Of a stretch of 64,000 nucleotides of DNA, positions 39,011-47,772 are shown in pieces (the first letter of the stretch is position 1; each line of letters opens with the position of its first letter). Origin of the DNA: Jatrophihabitantaceae bacterium (GTDB lineage Bacteria > Actinomycetota > Actinomycetes > Mycobacteriales > Jatrophihabitantaceae); contig DASYGT010000022.1 in assembly GCA_035999365.1 (NCBI GenBank), positions 5,167 to 69,166 of the forward strand. The letters run 5' to 3'. The position numbers and the translations under genes are program-made. The notes under the pieces are model-generated. The model was not told where the DNA came from and did not search any database. It saw nothing but the letters and a program-made list of their open reading frames with translations.

Positions 39011-40641
39011 TCTTCCTCCGCCCGGCTGACGTACGCCGCGAACGATTCCCCCTCCGCGCGGCGCTTCAGAAAGCCCCGGAGCACGCGTTCGGCGTAATCC
39101 GGTGCTTGTTCTGCTGTCACCTTCAAACCACGGAACTTGCGCCCGAATTCCGCGTCAGTGCCCATCTGTCCGCCGAGGTGCACCTGAAAGGCGTCCTCGT
39201 CGCCGTTCTCGCCCTTGTGGACCACGCCCTTGAAGCCGATGTCCGCGACCTGGAAGCGGGCGCAGGAGTTGGGGCAGCCGTTGACGTTGATCGTGATGGA
39301 GGTGTCGAAATCGGGCAACCGCTTCTCGAGCTCGAGCCGGATGGTGTCGGCGCGTCCCTTCGTCTCCGTCAGCGCGAGCTTGCAGAACTCGATGCCGGTG
39401 CAGGCGATCGTCCCGCGCAGGAATGCGGAGGGGAACACGAAGAATCCGAGTAACTCGAGCTCGTCGGCCAGCGGCTTTGTGTGCTGTTCGGCGACGTCGA
39501 GTACCACCAGGCCCTGCTGTGCGGTCAGCGCTGTGCGTCCTGAGCCGCGTCGCTCGGCGATGTGAGCGAGCTCGAGCAGTGCGGTGCCCGACGTCCGTCC
39601 CGATCGCGTTGTCGCACCCACGGCGAACAGGCCGTTGCTCTGCGCGAACACGCCGGTGTGGTCGCGATTCGCAGGCGAGGGCGGCGCGGATGGCCCGTCG
39701 GGCAGAGAGCGGTGCAAGTACTCGGTCTCGAGCACTTCGCGGAACTTTGCGGCACCCCAGTCGGCGAGCAGGAACTTCAACCGCGCGTGGTTGCGCTGGC
39801 GTCGGTAGCCGTAGTCGCGGAAGATCGAGGTGATGCCGACCCACACTTCGGGCACCTCGTCCGGCGTCACGAAGACGCCGAGCCGTTCGGCGAAGCGCGG
39901 ATTGGTCGACAGACCGCCGCCGACCCATACGTCGAAGCCGGGCGTGCCGTCCGGGCCGATGACGCCGACGAACGAGCAGTCGTTGATCTCGTGGTTCGTG
40001 CAGTGTTGCGCGCATCCCGAAATCGACGTCTTGTACTTGCGCGGCAGGTTCGAGAACGCGGGGTCGCCCAGGTACCGGTCGACGACCGCACGCAGGGCCG
40101 GGCCGGCGTCGAGGACGGAGTCGGCCGTGACTCCCTCCACCGGGCAGCCGAGCATGACGCGCGGGCAGTCGCCGCAGGCCTCGGTGGTGGAGAGTCCGAC
40201 AGCCTCCAGCTTCGCCCAGATCGCCGGGACGTCCTCGATCCGGATCCAATGCAGCTGGACGTTCTGCCGGTCGGTGATGTCCGCGACATCACGGCCGTAC
40301 TCGGTCGAGATCGACGCCACGACCCGCAGCTGCTCGTTGGTGAGGGTGCCGCCGTCGATGCGGATTCGCATCATGAAGAATTCGGCCTCGAGCTCCTCAG
40401 GTTCCAGCGTCGCCGTCTTACCGCCCGGAATGCCTTCGCGCCGCTGGGTGTACAGCCCCATCCAGCGGAACCGGCCACGCAGGTCGCCGGGGTCGATGCC
40501 GGCGAAACCGGTGTGCTGGTAGATGTCGATGATTCGCTGGCGGACGTTCAGCGGGTTGTCGTCACGCTTGCTGCGCTCGTTCGGGTTGAGCGGTTCGCGA
40601 TAACCGAGGGCCCACTGGCCCTGTCCCTTGCGCGCTGGCAT
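38998..40641 (-). CDS. sirA: ferredoxin-dependent sulfite reductase (nitrite/sulfite reductase family, SirA-like)
   Basis: 547 aa. Duplicated NiR/SiR fold. Siroheme/4Fe-4S cysteines TIACTGIEFCKLA and VNGCPNSCARFQVADIG. Followed by cysH, as in mycobacterial sirA-cysH. Confidence 0.9.
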   Translation of the reverse strand: MPARKGQGQWALGYREPLNPNERSKRDDNPLNVRQRIIDIYQHTGFAGIDPGDLRGRFRWMGLYTQRREGIPGGKTATLEPEELEAEFFMMRIRIDGGTLTNEQLRVVASISTEYGRDVADITDRQNVQLHWIRIEDVPAIWAKLEAVGLSTTEACGDCPRVMLGCPVEGVTADSVLDAGPALRAVVDRYLGDPAFSNLPRKYKTSISGCAQHCTNHEINDCSFVGVIGPDGTPGFDVWVGGGLSTNPRFAERLGVFVTPDEVPEVWVGITSIFRDYGYRRQRNHARLKFLLADWGAAKFREVLETEYLHRSLPDGPSAPPSPANRDHTGVFAQSNGLFAVGATTRSGRTSGTALLELAHIAERRGSGRTALTAQQGLVVLDVAEQHTKPLADELELLGFFVFPSAFLRGTIACTGIEFCKLALTETKGRADTIRLELEKRLPDFDTSITINVNGCPNSCARFQVADIGFKGVVHKGENGDEDAFQVHLGGQMGTDAEFGRKFRGLKVTAEQAPDYAERVLRGFLKRRAEGESFAAYVSRAEEEWLL

Positions 40642-40979
40642 GGCGCGTTCCTTCCGGTTTTTCCGAATGTGCGAGACGACGGCGACTCGAGCGGCGATCC
40701 GGCGCGGGTGCGCTGGCGGCGAGTCAGTGCAGCTGGTGGCGCGGCGTCATTCGACACGCGGCGGCAGTGACGCGCACCAGATCGACGTGGCGGCGCATGG
40801 TCAGCGCAAGATCGCTGACGGTGCCGGCGGGCCGATACATAGGCCCAGGGTCCCACAGGCCGGGGACGCACGCGAAATGTCAAGCACAGATCACACCGGT
40901 GGGTGTGTGTGGGTTCGATGCCGGTGCCGTGCGCCGGATCCCCGCAGGACAGCGGGAGCGGCTCGGGGACAATGGCCGC

Positions 40980-42188
40980 GTGACCGGCTTCCCGCTTCTG
41001 CTCGACCTCACAGGACGGCGCGTCGTCGTGGTGGGCGGGGGAGCGGTGGCGACCCGCCGTGCCCGGGGCCTGGCGGACGCCGGCGCGCGGGTCGAGGTTG
41101 TGGCACCGCTCGTCAGCCCGGAGTTGGCCACCCTGGGGCTGACTATCCACGAGCGCCGGTTCGCCCCGGCCGATCTCGACGGCTCCTGGCTCGCGGTCGC
41201 GTGCACCGACGACCCGATGGTCAATGCCGCTGTGGCCGAAGCGGCAGAAGTGCGCAGGGTCTTCTGCGTCCGGGCCGACCAGGCGGCGGGAGGCAGCGCA
41301 CGCACGCCGGCGACGCTGCGCCGCGACGGCCTGACCGTCGCCGTCACCGGTGGTGACGACCCGGTCCGCGCGGTGGCTCTGCGCGACGCGATCTCGGTGG
41401 CACTGGACGTGGGGGAGCTGCCGGCGCGGCCCGCGCGAGCGTCAGTGGCGGGCGGTTCGGTGGCACTGGTCGGCGGCGGGCCCGGTGACCCGGATCTGAT
41501 CACGGTGCGCGGCCGCCGTTTGGTGGCGGCGGCCGACGTCATCGTCGTCGACCGTCTCGCGCCGCGGGACCTGCTCGCCGACCTGCCGGACGACGTCGAG
41601 GTGATCGATTGCGGCAAGTCGGCGCACCGGCACAACCTCACGCAGGAGGAGATCAACGCCACCCTCATCGACCGCGCCCGGCAGGGCAAGCGGGTGGTGC
41701 GCCTCAAGGGTGGTGATCCGTTCGTCTTCGGTCGCGGTGGTGAGGAATTCCTGGCCTGTGTCGCCGCCGGTGTACCGGTGTCGGTGGTGCCGGGCATCAG
41801 TTCGGCGCTGGCCGCGGCGGCGGCCGCCGATATCCCGCTGACCCATCGCGGCGTGGCCGCCGAGTTCACGGTTGTCTCCGGTCATCTCGATCCGGGGCGT
41901 CCCACAGATGAAGGGATCGACTGGTCCGGCCTGGCCGCAGCGGCGGGGACACTCGTCCTGCTGATGTCGATGGACCGTCTCGACGTGATTGCCGAGGAGC
42001 TCATCGCGCACGGCCGCGCGGCCTCGACACCCGCCGCCGCAGTGCACCGCGCCACGCTGGCCGGGCAGGTCGTCGTCCGGTCGCGGCTGGACGGGCTGGC
42101 CAAGGCGGTGCGTGACGCCGGCATCGGCGCGCCCGGCGTCGTGATCGTGGGCGACGTGGTCACCACCTTGGTGCCGGAGTTGCCGTAG
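40980..42188 (+). CDS. cysG: siroheme synthase (precorrin-2 dehydrogenase/ferrochelatase domain fused to uroporphyrinogen-III C-methyltransferase)
   Basis: ORF 40767..42188 trimmed to GTG 40980 (VTGFPLLLDLTGRRVVVVGGGAVATRRARGL, a Rossmann fold). C-terminal SUMT motifs VALVGGGPGDPDLITVRG, RLKGGDPFVFGRGGEE, VPGISSA. Confidence 0.88.
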   Translation: MTGFPLLLDLTGRRVVVVGGGAVATRRARGLADAGARVEVVAPLVSPELATLGLTIHERRFAPADLDGSWLAVACTDDPMVNAAVAEAAEVRRVFCVRADQAAGGSARTPATLRRDGLTVAVTGGDDPVRAVALRDAISVALDVGELPARPARASVAGGSVALVGGGPGDPDLITVRGRRLVAAADVIVVDRLAPRDLLADLPDDVEVIDCGKSAHRHNLTQEEINATLIDRARQGKRVVRLKGGDPFVFGRGGEEFLACVAAGVPVSVVPGISSALAAAAAADIPLTHRGVAAEFTVVSGHLDPGRPTDEGIDWSGLAAAAGTLVLLMSMDRLDVIAEELIAHGRAASTPAAAVHRATLAGQVVVRSRLDGLAKAVRDAGIGAPGVVIVGDVVTTLVPELP

Positions 42189-42209
42189 CCCGTCGCCGTG
42201 GGCTATGAT

Positions 42210-42225
42210 TCGAACAGGTATTCGA
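42210..42225 (+). promoter_or_regulatory. candidate LexA (SOS) box, with a -10-like TATGAT immediately upstream
   Basis: TCGAACaggtATTCGA matches the actinobacterial consensus TCGAAC-N4-GTTCGA at 11 of 12 positions. TATGAT (42204-42209) fits TAnnnT. It lies in an unusually AT-rich patch, 72 nt upstream of the HEPN-MTase-dinB operon start. Confidence 0.5.
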
Positions 42226-42296
42226 ATCGGAGACTCGTCCGAGTGTCTGTCGGATGCTCAGTCCGAGTCCCACGTCCAGCGACAGGCGGTGCATTG

Positions 42297-42749
42297 ATGG
42301 CGGTTGCGCAGCTGCCGCGGCGGCTATCCCCGTCCGCGACGCACGGGCATCCTCCCGCACGCAGCGGCTCAGCAAGCTCGCCCGCAGCGCTCGCGTCCCA
42401 GGCGCGATCGGTGCTCGCTGAGTCGGCCCGCGCCGACACGGCGGCTGACCGGTTCCGGCTGGCACATCTTGCGGCGCTGCGCACCGCCGCAGTGGTCTTT
42501 GCGCAGCGCGGCAGGCCCGCAGGGCGGCGACGGGCGCTCGTCAGCGCCTGGGTGCTGCTCGCGGACCTCGCTCCGGACTACGTCGAGTGGGCGAGCTACT
42601 TTGCAGCCGGCGCGGCCGCCCGTGCAGCGGTCGAGGCCGGCGCGACCAGTGCGGTCACCGCACGCGATGCCGACGACCAGCTTCGCGCAGCGGCCGAATT
42701 CCTCAGGCTGGTGGAAGCGTCCCTGGGTTTGCTCCCGTTGGCCGGCTGA
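42297..42749 (+). CDS. SAV_6107-family HEPN domain protein
   Basis: ORF 42198..42749 trimmed to ATG 42297, giving 150 aa. ADRFRLAHLAALRTAAVVFA (contains R-x4-H), SAWVLLADLAPDYVEWASYFAAGAAARAAVEAG and DADDQLRAAAEFLRLVE match my recollection of this actinobacterial HEPN family. Confidence 0.72.
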   Translation: MAVAQLPRRLSPSATHGHPPARSGSASSPAALASQARSVLAESARADTAADRFRLAHLAALRTAAVVFAQRGRPAGRRRALVSAWVLLADLAPDYVEWASYFAAGAAARAAVEAGATSAVTARDADDQLRAAAEFLRLVEASLGLLPLAG

Positions 42750-42789
42750 GCCGCCGCACGCTGTCCGCTCTGCGAGCTAGGGTGCGAAC

Positions 42790-43521
42790 GTGTCCAGCCC
42801 TGCGCGCGATGTCCGAGACGTCACCGTGCATGCACGGCAGCGACTGGTGTGGGACGTGCTTGTCGGCGCGCTTGAGGCGCGAGGCGGGCCGCCCGCCCAG
42901 GTGCTCGATTGTGGCGGCGGCAGTGGAAGCTTCGCCGTTCCCCTGGCGCGTGTCGGAGCGCACGTCACCGTCGTCGACATCAGCGTCGACGCGCTCGCGA
43001 CATTGCACCGGCGGGCCGACGAGGCCGGGGTGGCCGACCGTATCTATCCCGTCCAGGGCGACGTCGAGGCGCTCAGCGACGCAGTTGCGGTCGCCGCGTT
43101 CGATCTCGTGCTGGCGCACGGCATCCTCGAAGCCGTCGACTCCGTGGAGGCCGCCTTCGTGTCCATCGCCGCGGCCCTCCGTCCGGGGGGCCTGCTCAGT
43201 GTTCTCGTCACCAACCCGGTCGCCTCCGTCCTTGCGCGGGCCTTCGCCGGCGATCTCGACGCGGCATTCACCGAGCTGCTCGCTCTGGATTCTGAGACTG
43301 TCCTGGGCCCGGACGCCGTTCGACGGCTGTGCGTGACTGCGGGGCTGGAGATCGAGCGGACGCACGGAGTGGGTGTCTTCTCCGAGATGATCCCGGGCGC
43401 CGCACTCGACCGCCCCGGTGCCGGCGAGTTGCTCGCCCAGCTCGAAGCAGCGAGCGCGACGCGGGCGCCTTTCGCCGATATCGCCACTCGCGTGCACACG
43501 CTCGCCCGCCGACCGGACTGA
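42790..43521 (+). CDS. class I SAM-dependent methyltransferase
   Basis: 243 aa. Motif I VLDCGGGSGSFAVPLARVG; post-I VTVVDIS; FDLVLAHGILE. Only a 5-nt gap to dinB. Confidence 0.82.
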   Translation: MSSPARDVRDVTVHARQRLVWDVLVGALEARGGPPAQVLDCGGGSGSFAVPLARVGAHVTVVDISVDALATLHRRADEAGVADRIYPVQGDVEALSDAVAVAAFDLVLAHGILEAVDSVEAAFVSIAAALRPGGLLSVLVTNPVASVLARAFAGDLDAAFTELLALDSETVLGPDAVRRLCVTAGLEIERTHGVGVFSEMIPGAALDRPGAGELLAQLEAASATRAPFADIATRVHTLARRPD

Positions 43522-43526
43522 CCGGT

Positions 43527-44819
43527 ATGGGCCGCAGCTCCGACGTGCCCCGCGCAGTCTCCGCCGAGGCGGGTGACGACACCGACTGCCCGATCCTGCA
43601 CGTCGACATGGATGCCTTCTTCGCCAGCGTCGAGATCAGGCGCCGCCCGGAACTGCTGGGCAAGCCGGTGGTCGTCGGCGGCGGGGTGCGCGGCGTGGTC
43701 GCCGCCGCGTCCTACGAGGCACGCCGGTTCGGCATCCGCAGCGCGATGCCGATGAGCCAGGCGCGGCGGCTGTGCCCGGGGATCACGGTGCTGCCGCCGG
43801 ATCGCGGTGCCTATGCCCACGCCTCGTCGCAGGTCATGGCGATCCTGCATGAGGTCACGGCCCTCGTCGAACCGCTCTCGCTCGACGAGGCCTTCCTCGA
43901 CGTCTCCGGTGCCCGCCGCCTGTACGGCCGGCCTCGCGACATCGCGGCCGGCATTCGTGCGCGCGTTTCGGCCGACTTGGGGTTGACGTGTTCGGTCGGG
44001 GTTGCGTCGACGAAGTTCGTTGCGAAGCTCGCTTCCGCGCGCTGCAAGCCCGACGGACTGCTCGTCGTCCCCGCCGATTCGGTGCTCGAATTCCTGCATC
44101 CGCTGCCCGTCACGGTTCTCTGGGGCGTGGGGGCGCGGACCGCCGAACCACTGCATCGGTTAGGAATACGCACCGTTGCCGACCTCGCCGCCACTCCGCC
44201 GGACACGCTCCGCCGTGCCGTCGGTGCGGCCGCCGCCGAGCATCTGCACGCGCTTGCACACGGCCGCGACGACCGCGGCGTCGACCCGCGCGAGGTCGAG
44301 AAGTCGATCAGTTCGGAACACACCGGAGAGGTCGACCTCACCGCCGAGGCCGACGTCGTGCGCGAGATGCTGCGTCTTGCCGGCGATGTCGGCGGCCGGC
44401 TGCGATCGCGAGGTATCACGGCGCGCACCATCGGAATCAAGATCAGGTTCGCGGACTTCCGCACGGTCACCCGCGTCCGCACGCTGCCCTCGTGGACGGA
44501 CTCGACTGCGCTCATCTACGAGACGGCATGCGATCTCTATCGCAGCCTCGACCTCGATCGGCCGCGCGTGCGCCTGGTCGGCGTCAAGGCCGAGGGATTC
44601 CGTGCGGCCGGCGCCGTAGCCGAGCAATTGACCCTCGACACAGGTGCCGACACGCCCGATCGGGTCGCCGCAGAGCGGGTCCTCGACGCCGCGCGGGCGA
44701 AGTTCGGTACCGGGGCAATCGGGTACGGATCGCTCATGCCCGGGCCGTCGCGTCTCGAGGATCCAGGCGCAGCGGGCACGCCCGGCGAGGCAGATTCGGT
44801 CGATGCGCGCAAGAGTTAG
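43527..44819 (+). CDS. dinB: DNA polymerase IV (Y-family translesion polymerase)
   Basis: ORF 43329..44819 trimmed to ATG 43527, giving 430 aa. ILHVDMDAFFASVEIRRRPEL, VVVGG, SLDEAFLDV, SVGVASTKFVAKLAS. Confidence 0.92.
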   Translation: MGRSSDVPRAVSAEAGDDTDCPILHVDMDAFFASVEIRRRPELLGKPVVVGGGVRGVVAAASYEARRFGIRSAMPMSQARRLCPGITVLPPDRGAYAHASSQVMAILHEVTALVEPLSLDEAFLDVSGARRLYGRPRDIAAGIRARVSADLGLTCSVGVASTKFVAKLASARCKPDGLLVVPADSVLEFLHPLPVTVLWGVGARTAEPLHRLGIRTVADLAATPPDTLRRAVGAAAAEHLHALAHGRDDRGVDPREVEKSISSEHTGEVDLTAEADVVREMLRLAGDVGGRLRSRGITARTIGIKIRFADFRTVTRVRTLPSWTDSTALIYETACDLYRSLDLDRPRVRLVGVKAEGFRAAGAVAEQLTLDTGADTPDRVAAERVLDAARAKFGTGAIGYGSLMPGPSRLEDPGAAGTPGEADSVDARKS

Positions 44820-44970
44820 CACACGCGCGCTTTCGATCCGGCGAAACGGCTCGTATGCTCGAAGCGAACGGTTGTCCGACTGGCACAGGTTCAGGCGGCC
44901 CTCCGGGTGACAGGTCCAGGTCAGCGCGAGAAGCGCCGCGGCACACACCGCGGCGACGAAGGAGGGCTAG

Positions 44971-45345
44971 GTGCCGCTCTCCGACCATGAGCAGAGGTTG
45001 CTCGACCAGATCGAGCAGGCTCTCTATGCCGACGATCCGAAGTTCGCCTCCGCGGTCCGGTCCGCACGCTCCCGCTCGCGGGTGCGCCGGTCGCTCGTGC
45101 TCTGCATCGTCGGAGTGATCGCCGGACTGGGGCTCGTCCTCGTCGGGCTGGTCACCGGGCTGATCGTGTTGAGCGTCGTCGGCTTCGTGCTGGTGGTCGG
45201 CTCGTGTGGGCTCGCGGTGCAGTCGTTCCGGACCAAGGCGTCGACGACCATCGACAACGGCCCCCCCGCAGGCAAGCCGGTGCGCCCCTCCGGCCTGCGT
45301 GGGCGCATGGAAGACCGTCTGCGCCGTCGCTTCGACGAGAACTGA
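44971..45345 (+). CDS. DUF3040 family membrane protein (Rv2169c-like)
   Basis: 124 aa. GTG preceded by GAAGGAGG. MPLSDHEQRLLDQIEQALYADDPKFASAVRS, followed by two TM helices. Confidence 0.88.
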   Translation: MPLSDHEQRLLDQIEQALYADDPKFASAVRSARSRSRVRRSLVLCIVGVIAGLGLVLVGLVTGLIVLSVVGFVLVVGSCGLAVQSFRTKASTTIDNGPPAGKPVRPSGLRGRMEDRLRRRFDEN

Positions 45346-45378
45346 CCGAGGCAAGCACCGACGTCAGCATGTCGGCGC

Positions 45379-47772
45379 TCAGCGGCGCCGTGGCCGATTC
45401 CGTCGGCGCGGCAACCACTCCAGAGACGCAGGCAGCAGCCAGGACCTGACGCGTGTCGAGCGACTCCGCCGTGCGCGCAATTGCGATTCGACATCCTTCA
45501 GATCGCTCACCAGGGCGGTGCGGGCGCGATCCGTAGCGCTCGCGGGCGGCCCGTAACGCGTCTGCTCCACGGCTGCAGCGAGATCACGCAGCGACCGCGC
45601 CGCAATCGGCCCGACGTCGCCGGCAAGCCAGCCGACCACCTGTCTCGGGGTGCGTGCGGGCGACCACACGTAGCCCAGGTCGATCGCGGTGTCGCTCAGC
45701 TCGGCCCAGATCGGGTCGGGGTTGCCGGATCCGGCGGCGCGCAGGCGTCGGCGCCGCCGGATCCGTCGCGCGACTGCCGGCGTCGAGGCAGCGGAGGCAA
45801 CGACCAGCAACGTGATCACCGAGGCGAGCAACCCCCAGGCCTGGCCATGTGAGCCCGAGGCGGTGGCGGTGGGGCCACCCGCGCCGTCGGGCACTTGTGG
45901 TTTGCCGCCGGCAGAGGAGCTGGCACTGGGCGCCGGGTTCGTGTCGCGAGGGTTGGTATCGCCAGCCCCGGGGTGGGGTGCCCAGGGCACGTCTGCCGTC
46001 GCTGCGCCGGCGGACGGCGTGATCGGCGTGGGGTCGAAGGGCACCCAGCCGATGCCCGGGAAGTAAGCCTCGACCCATGCATGCGCGTTGCTGGTCGTGA
46101 CGGTGAACGTGCCGCTGGCGTCGAGGGGAGCGTGGGTGTAGCCGAGCACGACGCGCGAGGGAACATCGGCGAGTCGCAGCATGATCCCCATCGCGGCGGC
46201 GAACTGCTGGCAGAACCCGATCTTGGTGTCGAGGAAGTCGACGAGCGCACTTCCCGAATCGCCGCTTGCGGTTTGCAGGCTGTACGTGAACCCATTGGCC
46301 GGCACGGTGAAATAGTCGAGGATCGCGCGCGCCTTGGCGTACTCGGTGTTCTTCCCCTTGGTCAGCTTGTCGACCAGTGCCGTCACCTGCAGTGGTATTC
46401 CGGCAGCGCCGAACGTGCCCCGCAGGTACGGGCCGCTGATCTCCGGCGGGAACGCCGTAGGAGCGGCCTCGAGATCTGCCACGGTGGGGTTCGGCTGCTG
46501 GACGTTCTCGTCGATCGCCTGATGCTTCTTGACATGGGAGCCGATCAGCAACTGGTCGCCGGCGTCCCAGCCCGTCGCCTTGGTGTCGACCCCACCCACG
46601 GCGATGGGGTTGGCGAACACCGGAGGGTTGTCGGACAACCCCGAGATCGAGATGCGCGCGAGGAAGGTCGTCGTGCGTAGCTGCGGCGCCTGCGGGCTCG
46701 GCTGGAAGTCCGTTGTGGCGAGGTTCTGGCCGTGGTGTCCGGCAGCGCTCCACCCGGCATCGGTGTAGTTGGCGAGCACATTGGCGCGCAGGTAGTACGG
46801 AGCGACGGCGCTGCCCTGGACGGTGACGGAGAACAGGGGTGTGGGCTTGGACTGCACCAGCTCACCCTTCAGCGCGGCGAAGGGATTCAGCGCGACGCCG
46901 CCGGCGCCGATCGTGCCCGGGCCGCCGGAGCCGCTGCCGCCGTTGTGGAAGGCGTTGGCGAGCAGGTTGGACGTCCGCGCCGGCACCGCGAGGGGAAGGA
47001 CGACGGCGACCAGCAACGCGAGGAAGGCGATCCGCGGACCCGACACGGCAAGCGCAGCCGTCGGGCGGGATTCACCGGCGCGCGGGATCACCCGCCCCCA
47101 ATCGCGCACCTCGTCGCGCGCGTCGATCGACAGAAGCAGCAGGAAACCCACCGCCGTGGCGGCGAACCACACCCACGAGACCGGATGCCGTCGAACGGCA
47201 CCGGCCACGGTGAACACGACAAGCAGCGGAACGCCGGCCAGGGCGGGACGGCGGCCCACCACGGCAACGAAGTCGATGAACGCGGCGAGCAAGCCGGCGA
47301 CGGCGGCGAGCACCAGCGTGATGGCGTGATCGGACGGCACCGGCGCGACACCGTTGCTCATCGTGTCGCGGACGTGCGTCATCAGATCGGACAGGTCGGT
47401 GAACGTCGTGCCTGTCGGCAATACGTGACCGATGGCGTGCGTGGGCACGAAGCGCCAGGTCAGCCACGGCACGAGCAGGATCAGACCGACCCAGGTGTGC
47501 CACACGTGCGGGCGGTGCCAGTAGCGCAGCGCGGCAGCAGTACCGCCGACAATCGCGATCGCAGCCAGGACGTCGGCAAACCAGCGTATGTCGCTGAACA
47601 GCGAAGCCAGCGGGAGCACACCGAGTGCAGCGGCGGCGGCTGCGCGGAGCGTGCGCTCGGTACCCGAGTTGTGCGCGGCATCGGCCTCGCGTCGCCGCTC
47701 AGATCGCGTGGGCTCGGCTCCTGGTAGTCCGGGACCCTGTGACGCCTGCGTGGGCCGGGTGGCGGTGCTCAT
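45379..47772 (-). CDS. polytopic transglutaminase-like protein (TgpA-type: N-terminal multi-TM region, transglutaminase core, C-terminal TM/DUF4129-like region)
   Basis: 797 aa. About six N-terminal TM helices. Cys-His-Asp core: GFCQQFAAAMGIMLRLADVPSRVVLGY ... NAHAWVEAYFPGIGWVPFDPTP. The start overlaps the DUF58 stop (ATGA). Confidence 0.88.
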   Translation of the reverse strand: MSTATRPTQASQGPGLPGAEPTRSERRREADAAHNSGTERTLRAAAAAALGVLPLASLFSDIRWFADVLAAIAIVGGTAAALRYWHRPHVWHTWVGLILLVPWLTWRFVPTHAIGHVLPTGTTFTDLSDLMTHVRDTMSNGVAPVPSDHAITLVLAAVAGLLAAFIDFVAVVGRRPALAGVPLLVVFTVAGAVRRHPVSWVWFAATAVGFLLLLSIDARDEVRDWGRVIPRAGESRPTAALAVSGPRIAFLALLVAVVLPLAVPARTSNLLANAFHNGGSGSGGPGTIGAGGVALNPFAALKGELVQSKPTPLFSVTVQGSAVAPYYLRANVLANYTDAGWSAAGHHGQNLATTDFQPSPQAPQLRTTTFLARISISGLSDNPPVFANPIAVGGVDTKATGWDAGDQLLIGSHVKKHQAIDENVQQPNPTVADLEAAPTAFPPEISGPYLRGTFGAAGIPLQVTALVDKLTKGKNTEYAKARAILDYFTVPANGFTYSLQTASGDSGSALVDFLDTKIGFCQQFAAAMGIMLRLADVPSRVVLGYTHAPLDASGTFTVTTSNAHAWVEAYFPGIGWVPFDPTPITPSAGAATADVPWAPHPGAGDTNPRDTNPAPSASSSAGGKPQVPDGAGGPTATASGSHGQAWGLLASVITLLVVASAASTPAVARRIRRRRRLRAAGSGNPDPIWAELSDTAIDLGYVWSPARTPRQVVGWLAGDVGPIAARSLRDLAAAVEQTRYGPPASATDRARTALVSDLKDVESQLRARRSRSTRVRSWLLPASLEWLPRRRNRPRRR

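Noticed and set aside
40900-40930. GGGTTCGATGCC, which resembles a tRNA T-loop
   Set aside because: No complementary T-stem, acceptor stem or anticodon arm can be drawn around it, so it is not a tRNA.
42198-42296. GTG 42198 as the start of the HEPN gene
   Set aside because: The first 33 codons (MGYDSNRYSNRRLVRVSVGCSVRVPRP...) are AT-rich and non-protein-like, and they would place the SOS-box/-10 patch inside the coding sequence. ATG 42297 gives the typical family length.
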